DNA from: an uncultured Pseudomonadales bacterium
GTDB lineage: Bacteria > Patescibacteriota > Microgenomatia > UBA1400 > PJMF01
Length of the DNA stretch: 64,000 bases
Assembly (NCBI GenBank): GCA_964412775.1
Contig: CAYPPX010000001.1
Coordinates: 226,699-290,698 of the forward strand
Direction: 5' to 3'
Shown piece after piece: positions 10,815 to 20,631 of this stretch. The translations under genes and the position numbers were made by a program. A model generated the notes under the pieces. That model was given only the letters and a program-made list of their open reading frames with translations, did no database searches and was not told where the DNA came from. The stretch's first letter is position 1. Every line of letters starts with the position of its first letter.

Positions 10815-11036
10815 ATGAAGAGAACAGATATTAAAGAACTTCGAGCCAAAACAGTTAAAGAACTAAACAAATCACTTGTTGATTTGCAGATGCAACTAGC
10901 TGTTGCCAGAATGGAAAAAAAAGCTGGTAAGTTAGCTAACGTCAGTTTAGTACCTACTTTAGCTGATGATATTGCTCGAATAAAAACTACTCTCAATGAA
11001 AAATCATTGGTTGGAGAAGAGAAAGAGACAAAATAA
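10815..11036 (+). CDS. rpmC: 50S ribosomal protein L29
   Basis: 73 aa; ELRAKTVKELNKSLVDLQMQLA. Confidence 0.85.
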   Translation: MKRTDIKELRAKTVKELNKSLVDLQMQLAVARMEKKAGKLANVSLVPTLADDIARIKTTLNEKSLVGEEKETK

Positions 11037-11269
11037 TGAGAACAATGCTAGGCGAGGTGACTGCTTTAAAGAGAGAAAAAACCGCAACTGTAACGGTTTC
11101 TACTATGTGGCAGCATCCTCTATACCAAAAATTAGTAAAAAGAAGTAAGAAATATGCTTGTCATTATGAAAACCTAGAATTAGTTTTAGGTGATCAGGTT
11201 GAGATTCAAGAATCAAAGCCAATTAGTAAAACCAAGCGTTTTGTAATAGTCAAAAAAGTAGGAAAATAA
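11036..11269 (+). CDS. rpsQ: 30S ribosomal protein S17
   Basis: 77 aa; GEVTALKREKTATVTV; overlaps the rpmC stop. Confidence 0.85.
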   Translation: MRTMLGEVTALKREKTATVTVSTMWQHPLYQKLVKRSKKYACHYENLELVLGDQVEIQESKPISKTKRFVIVKKVGK

Positions 11270-11272
11270 GCG

Positions 11273-11647
11273 ATGATACAACTTAGATCTGTCTTAAAAG
11301 TCGCCGATAATAGCGGAGCCAAAAAGCTACGTACCATCCAAGTTTATGGTGGTTCTAGAAAAAGATTTGGTTATGTTGGTGATATTGTTGTCGCTTCTGT
11401 GATCAGTGCTGATCCAAATGGAACTTTGAAAAAAGGTGCCAAGGTTAGAGCTGTCATTGTCAGAACTGCTAAAGAGTATCGTAGACAATCCGGAGAATAT
11501 ATCCGTTTTGATGAAAATGCTGCAGTGGTGATTGAATCAAGAACTAAAGTAGATCCAATTGGAACTCGTGTTTTTGGCCCAATTGCTCGTGAGGTCAAAG
11601 ATAAAGGTTTTAACAAAATTGCTAGTTTAGCACCGGAGGTTTTGTAA
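11273..11647 (+). CDS. rplN: 50S ribosomal protein L14
   Basis: [18 protein letters not shown]. Confidence 0.95.
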   Translation: MIQLRSVLKVADNSGAKKLRTIQVYGGSRKRFGYVGDIVVASVISADPNGTLKKGAKVRAVIVRTAKEYRRQSGEYIRFDENAAVVIESRTKVDPIGTRVFGPIAREVKDKGFNKIASLAPEVL

Positions 11648-11648
11648 T

Positions 11649-11990
11649 ATGAAATTTACTATTGGTGATCAAGTTATTATTACTGCTGGCAAAGATAAAG
11701 GTAAAAAAGGAGAGATCGTTCAGGTTTTTCCAAAGGATAATACTGTCTTAGTCAAAGATATTAATATTTATGCTAAGCATGTTAAACCCTATGCTGGTAG
11801 AGCTGGTGAAATTGTTCGTCGAGAACGTGCTTTACCAACTGCCAAGGTAGCCATTATCAATGATAAGGGTGTAGCTGACAGAATTGGTTATAAAGTAACC
11901 AAAGACGGTAAAAAAGAAAGAGTTTTTAAGAAAACTGGTACTGTTATTGCTCTTAAAAAAGAAACTAAGAAAATCGAGAAGAAGAAATAA
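11649..11990 (+). CDS. rplX: 50S ribosomal protein L24
   Basis: KIKTGDQVIITAGKDKGKKGEIV (KOW motif). Confidence 0.9.
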   Translation: MKFTIGDQVIITAGKDKGKKGEIVQVFPKDNTVLVKDINIYAKHVKPYAGRAGEIVRRERALPTAKVAIINDKGVADRIGYKVTKDGKKERVFKKTGTVIALKKETKKIEKKK

Positions 11991-12006
11991 ATTAAAATAG
12001 GCAAAA

Positions 12007-12570
12007 ATGAATAGACTTAAACAAAAATTCCAGCAAGAAGTGGTGCCAGCTCTACAAAAAGAGTTTGCTCATTCTAATGTTTTTGCTGTCGGCAAAATTC
12101 AAAAAGTAGTTATTAACATGGGGATTAAAGATCCAGCCGATCCAAAAGCTAGACTAAAAGTAATCGAAAATGTGGTTGATCAATTTACAGTAATTTCTGG
12201 GCAAAAACCTCAAATTACCAAAGCTAGAAAATCAGTGGCTAACTTTAAACTTAGAGCTGGTGATCCATTAGGTGTTTCAGTAACTCTTCGTGGTCAAAGA
12301 ATGTGGGAATTTTTAGATAAATTAATTTCAATCGCTTTACCACGTGTCAAAGATTTTAGAGGTATCTCTCGAACAGCTTTTGACGGTCAAGGTAATTATA
12401 GTTTGGGAATTGAAGAACAAATCGTTTTCCCAGAGATTGAATACGATAAAATTGAAAGTATCAGAAGTTTACAAATTAATTTTGTAACTAGTACTAAAAA
12501 TGATAAAGAAGCTTTCAGAATGTTGGAGCTCATGGGCTTACCATTTGAGAAAGAAGAGGATAATAAGTAA
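12007..12570 (+). CDS. rplE: 50S ribosomal protein L5
   Basis: 187 aa; position and [14 protein letters not shown]-like core. Confidence 0.9.
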   Translation: MNRLKQKFQQEVVPALQKEFAHSNVFAVGKIQKVVINMGIKDPADPKARLKVIENVVDQFTVISGQKPQITKARKSVANFKLRAGDPLGVSVTLRGQRMWEFLDKLISIALPRVKDFRGISRTAFDGQGNYSLGIEEQIVFPEIEYDKIESIRSLQINFVTSTKNDKEAFRMLELMGLPFEKEEDNK

Positions 12571-12572
12571 TT

Positions 12573-12803
12573 ATGGCTAAAAAATCAAAAATCGCTAAAG
12601 ATAAGAAAATTTTAGCATTACGCGAAAAATACAACTTATCTGGTGAGAAGAAAACCAATAAAGTATCTACTAGAGGCAAGAACCGTTGCAAACTAACCGG
12701 TCGTCCTCAAGGTTATATGCGTTATTTTGGTTTAAGCAGAATTACTTTTAGAGAATTAGCCATGAAGGGTGAACTCCCAGGCGTGGTAAAGGCAAGTAAA
12801 TAA
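12573..12803 (+). CDS. rpsN: 30S ribosomal protein S14 (short form)
   Basis: 76 aa; [34 protein letters not shown]. Confidence 0.85.
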   Translation: MAKKSKIAKDKKILALREKYNLSGEKKTNKVSTRGKNRCKLTGRPQGYMRYFGLSRITFRELAMKGELPGVVKASK

Positions 12804-12804
12804 T

Positions 12805-13194
12805 ATGACAGATCCAATCGCAGACATGCTAGCTAGAATCAAGAATGCTTTGCTTGCAAAACGCAAGCAAGTAATCATGCCTCATTCTAAAGTTAAAGAG
12901 GCCATTGCTAAAATTTTAGCTGCTAACAATTATATTGAAAGTTTTGAAACTGTAGCTAAAAAGCCACAATCAGACTTAGTAATCAACCTTGGTTACCAAG
13001 GTAAATTACCAAAGATTTCTGGAGTGAAGAGAGTTTCTAAACCAGGTCGCAGACTTTACTCTACTGTAGATAATGTACCTGCTGCTCTTAACGGTTACGG
13101 AATTACGATTGTATCCACTAGTAAAGGGCTTTTGACTGATAAAGAAGCTCGTCAACAAAATGTCGGAGGGGAACTTCTTTGCCAGATCTGGTAA
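12805..13194 (+). CDS. rpsH: 30S ribosomal protein S8
   Basis: MTDPIADMLARIKNA N-terminus. Confidence 0.93.
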   Translation: MTDPIADMLARIKNALLAKRKQVIMPHSKVKEAIAKILAANNYIESFETVAKKPQSDLVINLGYQGKLPKISGVKRVSKPGRRLYSTVDNVPAALNGYGITIVSTSKGLLTDKEARQQNVGGELLCQIW

Positions 13195-13207
13195 AGGATT
13201 AAGCACT

Positions 13208-13747
13208 ATGTCAAGAATCGGAAAAAAACCAGTTGAATTAGCATCAGGCGTCACAGCTACCATCGATAAGAATCAAGTAACTGTGCAAGGTCCAAAAGGG
13301 ACTTTAGTTGTACCAGTGATGGATGGTATTACTGTGGCCAAAGAAGAAACAACTTTAGTTGTTACTAGAGCTAATGACGAAAAACAAACCAAGGCTTTTC
13401 ATGGTTTAGTGAGAAGTTTGTTAGCAGGAGCAATCAAAGGGGTAACTGAAGGTTACAAAAAAACCTTGAAATTAGTTGGTACTGGATACAGAGCTTCAGC
13501 CAAAGGAACTAATGTCAGTGTGACAGTTGGTTATTCTCACCCTGTTGAGATCAAACCTTTAGCCGGAACCAAACTTACCGTTGAAGGTAATGACACCATT
13601 CATATTGAAGGTATTGATAAACAACTCGTTGGTCAAATGGCTGCTGATGTCAGAGCAATTAGATCACCAGAGCCTTACAAAGGTAAAGGTATTAGATACG
13701 AAGATGAAGTTGTTCGTACTAAACCTGGAAAAACAGCAACTGCTTAA
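13208..13747 (+). CDS. rplF: 50S ribosomal protein L6
   Basis: MSRIGKKPVEL start at 13208. The track ORF begins at 13160 inside rpsH. Confidence 0.9.
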   Translation: MSRIGKKPVELASGVTATIDKNQVTVQGPKGTLVVPVMDGITVAKEETTLVVTRANDEKQTKAFHGLVRSLLAGAIKGVTEGYKKTLKLVGTGYRASAKGTNVSVTVGYSHPVEIKPLAGTKLTVEGNDTIHIEGIDKQLVGQMAADVRAIRSPEPYKGKGIRYEDEVVRTKPGKTATA

Positions 13748-13761
13748 TAAAAAGGTAAATC

Positions 13762-14118
13762 ATGTCAGTAATTAAACACAATGAAACACTAGCTGAAAAA
13801 AGAAAGAAAAGAGTTCGCTCTAGAATGATGGGCACTGCCGACAGACCAAGATTAACTGTTTTGCGTTCCAACGAACATATTTCTTTACAAGTAATTGACG
13901 ATGAAGCAGGTAAAACCCTAGTGGCTGCTAGTGACTTAGGTAAAACCAAGATTGCTGGTAATAAATCAGAAAGAGCCGCCAAGGTAACTGCTGAATTAGT
14001 AAAAGGTTTAAAGAAAGCCAAGATTACCAAACTTCAGTTTGATCGTGGCTCATACAAATATCACGGAAGAGTTAGAGTTGTAGCCGAAGCTCTTCGCGCA
14101 GAAGGAATTAACGTTTAA
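13762..14118 (+). CDS. rplR: 50S ribosomal protein L18
   Basis: 118 aa; RPRLTVLRSNEHISLQVID; spc operon order. Confidence 0.9.
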   Translation: MSVIKHNETLAEKRKKRVRSRMMGTADRPRLTVLRSNEHISLQVIDDEAGKTLVAASDLGKTKIAGNKSERAAKVTAELVKGLKKAKITKLQFDRGSYKYHGRVRVVAEALRAEGINV

Positions 14119-14122
14119 TACT

Positions 14123-14779
14123 ATGTCTAAATTTCAAGGTAACACACCAGAAGTTAAGGAATTTGAAGAAAAAGTTGTTCAAATTTCTAGAGTATCCAAG
14201 AAAACCAAAGGTGGCAACAAAATGGGTTTTTCTGTTTTGATGGTTGTTGGTGATAAAAAAGGTAAAGTTGGAATCGGTTTAGGTAAAGCTCCAGATGTAG
14301 TTTCTGCTATCAAAAAAGGCATCAAAAAAGCCAAGAAAAAAATGTTAGTAGTACCTTTGGATGGCACCACTATTCCTTTCAAGATTGAAGTTAAAAAAGG
14401 TGCTGGTAAAGTTTTACTCAAGCCAGCTCCCAAGGGAACTGGTGTGATCGCTGGTGGTCCAGTTAGAGCTTTAGTCGAAGCTGCTGGTGTTCGAGATATC
14501 TCAGCCAAGATTTTGGGTAGTGATAACCAAGCATCCAGTGTTTATGCTGCCTTTGAGGCTTTGAAAAAAATCGAACAAATTGTCAATATTCGTGGTATTA
14601 AACTTCGTTCAATTATTGATATTGAAAGAGAAGAAAAAGAAAAAATTAAAGAACTTCAAGAGAAAGCTAAAGCTTCTGCTGAAGGTGATAAAAAAGAAGA
14701 ACAAGCTAAGCCAGTTGCTCCAAAGAAAGCTGCTCCTAAAAAAGCTGCTCCAAATGCCAAAGAAACAGCTAAGAAATAA
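14123..14779 (+). CDS. rpsE: 30S ribosomal protein S5 with ~55-aa K/A/E-rich C-terminal extension
   Basis: S5 core (VVQISRVSKKTKGGNKMGFSVLMVVGDKKGKVGIGLGKAPDV) plus a tail EKAKASAEGDKKEEQAKPVAPKKAAPKKAAP. Confidence 0.9.
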   Translation: MSKFQGNTPEVKEFEEKVVQISRVSKKTKGGNKMGFSVLMVVGDKKGKVGIGLGKAPDVVSAIKKGIKKAKKKMLVVPLDGTTIPFKIEVKKGAGKVLLKPAPKGTGVIAGGPVRALVEAAGVRDISAKILGSDNQASSVYAAFEALKKIEQIVNIRGIKLRSIIDIEREEKEKIKELQEKAKASAEGDKKEEQAKPVAPKKAAPKKAAPNAKETAKK

Positions 14780-14791
14780 GGGAATTGAATC

Positions 14792-15229
14792 ATGTCATTA
14801 CTAAACAAATTAGTCAAAACCGTTAAAACTTCCAGTAAAAGACTTGGTCGTGGTTATGGTTCTGGTAAGGGCGGTCACGCTTCAAGTAGAGGTCAAAAAG
14901 GACAAACTTCAAGAGTTGGTTCTAAGATCCCTCTTTGGTTTGAAGGTGGTCAATTACCAGGTGTCAAGAAATACCCAATGATTAGAGGTAAAGGTCGTTT
15001 TAGTGTGTTGAACCCAACTGCTGAACTTACTTTGAGTGATTTAGAGAAAATGCCAGTAACTGATATCTCTTTGGAAACTTTGAAACTACACAAAGTAATC
15101 GAAAAAGGTTTTAAAAAGGCTAAGATTGTTAATAGTGGTAAGTTAACTAAAAAAGTTAACATAAAAGGAATCTCTACAACCAAGAGCGCACTTGAGACTA
15201 TCAAAAAGCTTGGTGGTTCTGTAGAATAA
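14792..15229 (+). CDS. rplO: 50S ribosomal protein L15
   Basis: KRLGRGYGSGKGGHASSRGQKGQ. Note: it follows rpsE directly with no rpmD (L30) between. Confidence 0.92.
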   Translation: MSLLNKLVKTVKTSSKRLGRGYGSGKGGHASSRGQKGQTSRVGSKIPLWFEGGQLPGVKKYPMIRGKGRFSVLNPTAELTLSDLEKMPVTDISLETLKLHKVIEKGFKKAKIVNSGKLTKKVNIKGISTTKSALETIKKLGGSVE

Positions 15230-15236
15230 AAAACCT

Positions 15237-16526
15237 GTGATAGAGACAATAGTAAATAAATTGAGAGCTATTTTCGACAATGATGAGCTCAAAAAGAAGC
15301 TATTGTTTACTGCAACTATTTTCCTGATTTTTAGATTGTTTGCTCATATTCCAGTGCCTGGAGTGAATGTTTTTCAATTACAACAACTGTTTACTGGTAA
15401 TCAATTTTTGAGTTTGCTCAATGTTTTTGCTGGTGGAACTTTATCAAACTTCTCGATCGTGGCTGTAGGTATCAATCCTTATATCACTGCTTCAATTATT
15501 ATGCAGCTGGCTGGAATGGTTTTTCCTAAGCTCAAGGAAATGCAAAAAGAAGAAGGTGAGGCTGGTCGAGCTAAGCTCAACCAATATACCAGACTTTTAA
15601 GTGTGCCGTTTGCAGTTTTCCAGAGTATCTCTATTATTGCTTTACTTCGTTCTCAGAATTTATTAATGGCAACCACGCCATTGACTTTAGTGGCGATGGT
15701 TTTGACTATGGTAGCTGGGGCAATGATTATGTTGTGGTTGGGTGAATTAGTGTCTGAGTATGGCATCGGTAATGGCATCTCGATGGTATTATTGGCTGGG
15801 ATCGTGAGTCAAATCCCAGTGGCTTTAAGTCAGACTTTGGTTGTGGCTTCATCACAGCAAGTTCTGACCTTAATTTCTTTTGCGGCTGTTTTCTTGGGTT
15901 TAATTGCTTTGATTGTTTACATTAATGAGGCAGTTAGAAAAATTAATATTCAATACGCCAAGAGAACTAGAGGTGGTAAGACCGTTGGTGGACAAACTAC
16001 TCACTTGCCAATCAAAGTTAATGTGGCAGGGGTAATGCCGATCATTTTTGCGGTGTCCTTGATGATGGCCCCTTCGTTTATTGGTAAGTTATTTACTTCA
16101 AGTAGTAATACTGACCTCATTTATTGGGGGTTCAAGATTACGGCTTGGTTCCAACAAACTTCACCTGCTTACTTGATTTCTTACTTTTTATTAGTGTTTA
16201 GTTTTACTTTTTTTTCGGCTTTGATTTTTTTCAATGCTCAAGATATCGCTGATGAATTGAAAAAAAGTGGCGCTTTTGTACCAGGTATTAGGCCGGGTGG
16301 TCCAACTAAAAAGTTTTTGGAGTATGTGGTAATTAGAATTACCTTAGTTGGGGCCATTTTCTTGGGTATCTTAGCTATTTTGCCATCACTTGCTCAGATC
16401 TTTACTGGCATCCAATCTTTGGCGATCGGTGGAACCAGTGTTTTAATTGTTGTTTCAGTAATTTTGGAAACAGCCAAACAAGCAGAAAGTATGTTGGTTG
16501 GCCAGAATTACGACAAGTATCAGTAA
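15237..16526 (+). CDS. secY: Preprotein translocase subunit SecY
   Basis: 429 aa, multi-pass membrane protein; GINPYITASIIMQL motif. Confidence 0.93.
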   Translation: MIETIVNKLRAIFDNDELKKKLLFTATIFLIFRLFAHIPVPGVNVFQLQQLFTGNQFLSLLNVFAGGTLSNFSIVAVGINPYITASIIMQLAGMVFPKLKEMQKEEGEAGRAKLNQYTRLLSVPFAVFQSISIIALLRSQNLLMATTPLTLVAMVLTMVAGAMIMLWLGELVSEYGIGNGISMVLLAGIVSQIPVALSQTLVVASSQQVLTLISFAAVFLGLIALIVYINEAVRKINIQYAKRTRGGKTVGGQTTHLPIKVNVAGVMPIIFAVSLMMAPSFIGKLFTSSSNTDLIYWGFKITAWFQQTSPAYLISYFLLVFSFTFFSALIFFNAQDIADELKKSGAFVPGIRPGGPTKKFLEYVVIRITLVGAIFLGILAILPSLAQIFTGIQSLAIGGTSVLIVVSVILETAKQAESMLVGQNYDKYQ

Positions 16527-16550
16527 AAAACTAAAAAGGGAATAATAAAC

Positions 16551-17093
16551 GTGAAAATCGTCTTAGTTGGCATTCAAGGTGCCGGAAAATCAACCCAGGG
16601 TAACTTACTATCAGAAAAGTTAGGTATTCCATACCTTTCTTCTGGACATATTTTTCGCCAAATGGCTAAAAGTAAAACCAAGCTTGGTCGTTGGCTAAAA
16701 GAAACTCTTAACTCTGGGGCATTAGTTCCAGATGAAACTGCTGTTGAGATTGTAATGGAATATCTCAAGAGACCAGAATACGAAAAAGGTTATATTTTAG
16801 ATGGTTTTCCAAGAACAGAAGCTCAAGCCAAAGTTTTGGGCGATGGGGTTGATACGGTAGTTTTGATTGATGTATCAGATAAAGAAGCTCTTTGGAGAAT
16901 TTCTGGTAGAGTGTCTGATCGAGAAGATGAAACCTTACAAGCTATCCGTAAGCGAATTGAGCTTTTTCACCAAGTTACTTCTGAAGTGTTGAGTTATTAC
17001 GAGAAAATTGGTCAATTACATAAAGTAGATGGTGAGCAAACAGTCGAAGAAGTGTTTGCTGATATCATGAAAGCAGTTGAGAAAAAAGGCTAA
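16551..17093 (+). CDS. adk: Adenylate kinase (short form, no zinc lid)
   Basis: P-loop GIQGAGKSTQ; 180 aa; GTG start. Confidence 0.88.
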   Translation: MKIVLVGIQGAGKSTQGNLLSEKLGIPYLSSGHIFRQMAKSKTKLGRWLKETLNSGALVPDETAVEIVMEYLKRPEYEKGYILDGFPRTEAQAKVLGDGVDTVVLIDVSDKEALWRISGRVSDREDETLQAIRKRIELFHQVTSEVLSYYEKIGQLHKVDGEQTVEEVFADIMKAVEKKG

Positions 17094-17105
17094 AAAAACC
17101 TCGAT

Positions 17106-17134
17106 GTGACAAAACTAGTCACTTCTGGTATAAT
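17106..17134 (+). promoter_or_regulatory. Sigma70-like promoter for infA, with an inverted repeat overlapping the -35
   Basis: GTGACA - 17 nt spacer - TATAAT. The -35 lies inside the palindrome GTGAC-aaaacta-GTCAC. Confidence 0.45.
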
Positions 17135-17156
17135 CATGCCTCATTGTTGATATCTT

Positions 17157-17486
17157 ATGGGAAAAGTACAGGATCATAAACGAGCAGCTAAGGTTAGAAG
17201 ACAACTCGATACCACTGCAGAAAAAGCAGAAAGAGCTGATCGTTTGGAAGTTGAAGGAGAAGTTGTCGAGTGTTTACCAAATACGATGTTTCGTGTTCAG
17301 GTAACCGCTTGTGATGTGGATAAAATGATCGGTAAAGTTCTGTTAGGAACTTTAGCCGGTAAAATGCGACTTTTTCGCATTAGAGTTATGCCTGGAGATG
17401 TGGTTAAGGGTTATGTCTCCAAGTACGACTTAACTAAGTGTAAAGTTACGTATCGTGTAAACACAAGAAAAGCGGTACAAAGTTAG
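17157..17486 (+). CDS. infA: Translation initiation factor IF-1 with ~35-aa N-terminal extension
   Basis: S1-like core EGEVVECLPNTMFRVQV...GKMRLFRIRVMPGDVVKGYVSKYDLTKCKVTYR. Confidence 0.85.
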   Translation: MGKVQDHKRAAKVRRQLDTTAEKAERADRLEVEGEVVECLPNTMFRVQVTACDVDKMIGKVLLGTLAGKMRLFRIRVMPGDVVKGYVSKYDLTKCKVTYRVNTRKAVQS

Positions 17487-17511
17487 AAAAGTAAAACCCA
17501 GGACTTGAAAT

Positions 17512-17625
17512 ATGAAAGTCAGAGCTTCGCTGAAGAAGATGTGCAACCAGTGTAAATTTGTAAGACGCAAAGGAAAATTGCGTGTTATTTGTGTAAATAA
17601 AAAACATAAGCAAAGTCAAGGATAA
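17512..17625 (+). CDS. rpmJ: 50S ribosomal protein L36
   Basis: [37 protein letters not shown]; 37 aa; not in the ORF track because it is short. Confidence 0.9.
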   Translation: MKVRASLKKMCNQCKFVRRKGKLRVICVNKKHKQSQG

Positions 17626-17628
17626 AAT

Positions 17629-18033
17629 ATGCCACGTATAGCCGGTACAGATATTCCAGAACACAAAAAAGTAGCTTATTCTTTACGCTCTATTTATGGC
17701 GTTGGTTTGAAGGTCGCTCAAGATGTAGTGACTCAAGCTAAAATCGATCCAGATAAAAGAGCTAGAGATTTAACTCCAGATGAAGTTAACAAAATTCAAC
17801 GTATTTTAGAAAAATTTCCTTTAGAAGGTGATCTTCGTAGAATGATTAGTGATAACATTCAACGTTTAAAGAGAATTAAATCTTACCGTGGGATGCGCCA
17901 TAGTATGGGTTTACCAGCTAGAGGTCAAAGAACTAGAGTTAACTCCCGTACTGTTCGTGGTGGTGGTAGAAAAACTGTTGGTTCTATTTCTAAGGAAGCT
18001 GCAGCCGCTAAAGAAGCCGCTGCTGCCAAATAA
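17629..18033 (+). CDS. rpsM: 30S ribosomal protein S13
   Basis: MPRIAGTDIP N-terminus. Confidence 0.95.
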   Translation: MPRIAGTDIPEHKKVAYSLRSIYGVGLKVAQDVVTQAKIDPDKRARDLTPDEVNKIQRILEKFPLEGDLRRMISDNIQRLKRIKSYRGMRHSMGLPARGQRTRVNSRTVRGGGRKTVGSISKEAAAAKEAAAAK

Positions 18034-18048
18034 ATAAGGGAATAATTT

Positions 18049-18453
18049 TTGGAGAAATATATGGTGAAAGCACAAAGTAACACAAAGAAAAAAAATACCA
18101 GAGTCATCCCAAAAGGTAAACTCTATGTTAGTGCCACTTTCAACAACACTTTAGTCAGTATTACTGATGATAAGGGTGCAGTTGTTTGTTGGGCAACTAC
18201 TGGTGGGGCCGGTTTTACTGGTTCCAGAAAATCAACCCCTTATGCTGCAACTATTACTGTTGAAAACGCAGTTAATAAAGCCAAAGCATTCGGTATGAAT
18301 GAAATGGATGTTTATTTAAAGGGCCCAGGCCCAGGTAGAGATGTAGCTCTCCGCGTGTTAAGAGCTCAAGGAATCAAAGTGAGTATGATTGCTGATACCA
18401 CTCCTATTCCTCACAATGGTACAAGACCAAGAAAAGCAAAACACAATAGATAG
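18049..18453 (+). CDS. rpsK: 30S ribosomal protein S11
   Basis: YVSATFNNTLVSITDDKGAVVCWATTGGAGFTGSRKSTPYAA. Confidence 0.95.
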   Translation: MEKYMVKAQSNTKKKNTRVIPKGKLYVSATFNNTLVSITDDKGAVVCWATTGGAGFTGSRKSTPYAATITVENAVNKAKAFGMNEMDVYLKGPGPGRDVALRVLRAQGIKVSMIADTTPIPHNGTRPRKAKHNR

Positions 18454-18467
18454 AGGATTATAAGTAT

Positions 18468-19073
18468 ATGGCAAGATACACAGGCCCAAAACATAAATTA
18501 CAAAGACAAGTTGGTGAAGACTTAGGTTTAAAATCCAATGCTTTGAAAGTAGCTCGTAGACTTCATACCAGACCAGGTATGCATGGTACTAAGAGAAAGA
18601 AGCTTTCTGATTACGGTATTCAACTTCGTGAGAAACAAAAAGTTAAATACATGTATGGTGTGTTGGAAAAACAACTACATCGTTTATATAGTCAAGCAAG
18701 TAAAAATCCTTTAGCTACTGGTTCAGTATTACTTGGTTTGCTTGAGAGAAGACTTGATAACGTGATGTACAGATTAGGTTGGGCTCCAACCAGACCAGCT
18801 GCTCGTCAATTAGTTAGTCATGGTCATTTAATCGTAAACAACAAAAAAATGGATATTCCTTCTTATTCAGTTAAAGTTGGTGATGTAATTAAACTTAATG
18901 ACAAATCCGCTAAGGTGCCAATGATTGCTGAGTTACTAAAAGAAGATATTAAAAACGTTCCAGCTTGGTTAGAGAAAAAAGGTACTATAGCCAAAGTTCA
19001 ACGTTTACCAGAGAGAGAAGATATTAGCGAAGTAATTACTGAACAATTGATTGTTGAGTTCTATAGTCGTTAA
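18468..19073 (+). CDS. rpsD: 30S ribosomal protein S4
   Basis: MARYTGPKHKLQR; S4 domain LVSHGHLIVNNKKMDIPSY. Confidence 0.95.
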   Translation: MARYTGPKHKLQRQVGEDLGLKSNALKVARRLHTRPGMHGTKRKKLSDYGIQLREKQKVKYMYGVLEKQLHRLYSQASKNPLATGSVLLGLLERRLDNVMYRLGWAPTRPAARQLVSHGHLIVNNKKMDIPSYSVKVGDVIKLNDKSAKVPMIAELLKEDIKNVPAWLEKKGTIAKVQRLPEREDISEVITEQLIVEFYSR

Positions 19074-19175
19074 TTAGTAAGTAGTAAAAAAAGTATAAAG
19101 TAAAAGAATATAGAAAATTCTCGAATACAGATTCCTCTTTAGAAAGAGAGGGAGGCGAAACAAAAAGGAAAATCT

Positions 19176-20120
19176 ATGAAACTAAACTTAAATCAATATT
19201 CATACATGAACCCATCATTCACCGTGAGTGAAGTTGAGGCTACTGAGTCTAAAGCTCGTTTGGTTTTTGAACCATTAGAGCAAGGTTATGGTCACACTTT
19301 GGGTAATGCTTTACGCAGAGTGCTTTTGACCTCTTTACCAGGTGCAGCTATTACTTCTGTGATGATTGATGGTGTTGATCATCAATTTGCCACTTTAGAA
19401 GGTCTCAGTGAAGATGTTATTGAATTAATTTTGAACTTGAAACAAATCAGAGTTAAAGCTACTACTGATGAACCAGGAGTGATGAGAATTAGTGTTAAAG
19501 GTCCTAAAGAAGTGACTGCTGCCGATATCGAAGCAGAAGCTGGTTTTGAAGTAGTTAACCCAGAGCAACCAGTTGCTACTTTGGCTAAAGGCAAGAAACT
19601 TGAGGTAGAGATGACCGTCGAAGCTGGTACTGGTTACCGTATGGCTACTGAAGTTGAAAATAGTGTCATTGGGCAAATTCCAGTCGATGCTTTATTTTCA
19701 CCAGTTTTGAAAGTTTCTTATAAAGTCGAAGCCACCCGTGTGGGGCGTCGTACTGACTTTGATAAAGTAGTGATGGATGTTGAGACTGATGGGACCATTT
19801 CTCCACTTGATGCTGTGAATCAAGCGGCCAAGATTTTAGCTAAACAATTTACCCAAGTTTTTGATCCAGTGGTGATTGAAGTTGCAGACGAGGAACCTCA
19901 ACTTTCTCCAGAAGAAGCAGAAACTTTGCGTTTAACTGTAGAAGAGCTAGACTTACCAACCAGAATTGCTAATGCACTGCGTAAGGGTGGTTTCAAAACT
20001 GTAGGTGATTTAGCTGGTGCTTCAAAAGCCGAGGTTTCTAAAGTTAAAAACTTAGGTGGTAAGAGTATTGATTTAATCAATGATGCTTTATTAAAAAAAG
20101 GTGTTAATTTAGAAGATTAA
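19176..20120 (+). CDS. rpoA: DNA-directed RNA polymerase subunit alpha
   Basis: FEPLEQGYGHTLGNALRRVLLTSLPGAAITSV; C-terminal alpha-CTD ELDLPTRIANAL. Confidence 0.95.
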   Translation: MKLNLNQYSYMNPSFTVSEVEATESKARLVFEPLEQGYGHTLGNALRRVLLTSLPGAAITSVMIDGVDHQFATLEGLSEDVIELILNLKQIRVKATTDEPGVMRISVKGPKEVTAADIEAEAGFEVVNPEQPVATLAKGKKLEVEMTVEAGTGYRMATEVENSVIGQIPVDALFSPVLKVSYKVEATRVGRRTDFDKVVMDVETDGTISPLDAVNQAAKILAKQFTQVFDPVVIEVADEEPQLSPEEAETLRLTVEELDLPTRIANALRKGGFKTVGDLAGASKAEVSKVKNLGGKSIDLINDALLKKGVNLED

Positions 20121-20144
20121 TTTAGACAAAAAGGTAGTAATAAC

Positions 20145-20630
20145 ATGAGACATAGACAAAAAACAAAACAATTGGGTAGAGATACCAAGTCTCGCAAAGC
20201 TCTCTTGAGAAATTTAGTTAGATCTTTAGTTGAGCATGGCCAAGTAGAGACCACTGAAGCAAAAGCTAAAGAAGTAAAACGTTGGGCCGACAAGTTAATT
20301 GGTAAAGCTCAAACAGATTCTTTGGCAGTTAGAAGACAGCTTCATACCTTCTTTGGTAAAAGAGACGTCGTTAATACTTTAGTTGATAAAGTTGCTCCAG
20401 CTATGAAAGATCGCAAATCCGGTTTTAGTAAAATCGAAAAGATCGGTAATAGAAGAGGTGATAACTCAAAAGTAGTGATGTTGAGTTTAGTTGAAAAAGC
20501 CGCTCAAAAAGTTGGTCTCAAAGCTCCAAAAGCCGAAGCTAAAGCTGAACAAAAAACTGAAGCTAAAAAATCAACTGTCAAGAAAGCTACTCCAAAAACC
20601 AAAAAAGAAGTGAAGAAGGCAGAAAAATAA
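20145..20630 (+). CDS. rplQ: 50S ribosomal protein L17 with K/A-rich C-terminal extension
   Basis: MRHRQKTKQLGRDTKSRKALLRNLVRSL plus tail. Confidence 0.9.
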   Translation: MRHRQKTKQLGRDTKSRKALLRNLVRSLVEHGQVETTEAKAKEVKRWADKLIGKAQTDSLAVRRQLHTFFGKRDVVNTLVDKVAPAMKDRKSGFSKIEKIGNRRGDNSKVVMLSLVEKAAQKVGLKAPKAEAKAEQKTEAKKSTVKKATPKTKKEVKKAEK

Positions 20631-20631
20631 T

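Noticed and set aside
14580-14804. 74-aa lysine-rich + strand ORF overlapping the 3' end of rpsE
   Set aside because: Alternative frame of the K/A/E-rich S5 tail. Explained by the repetitive AAA/GAA codons.
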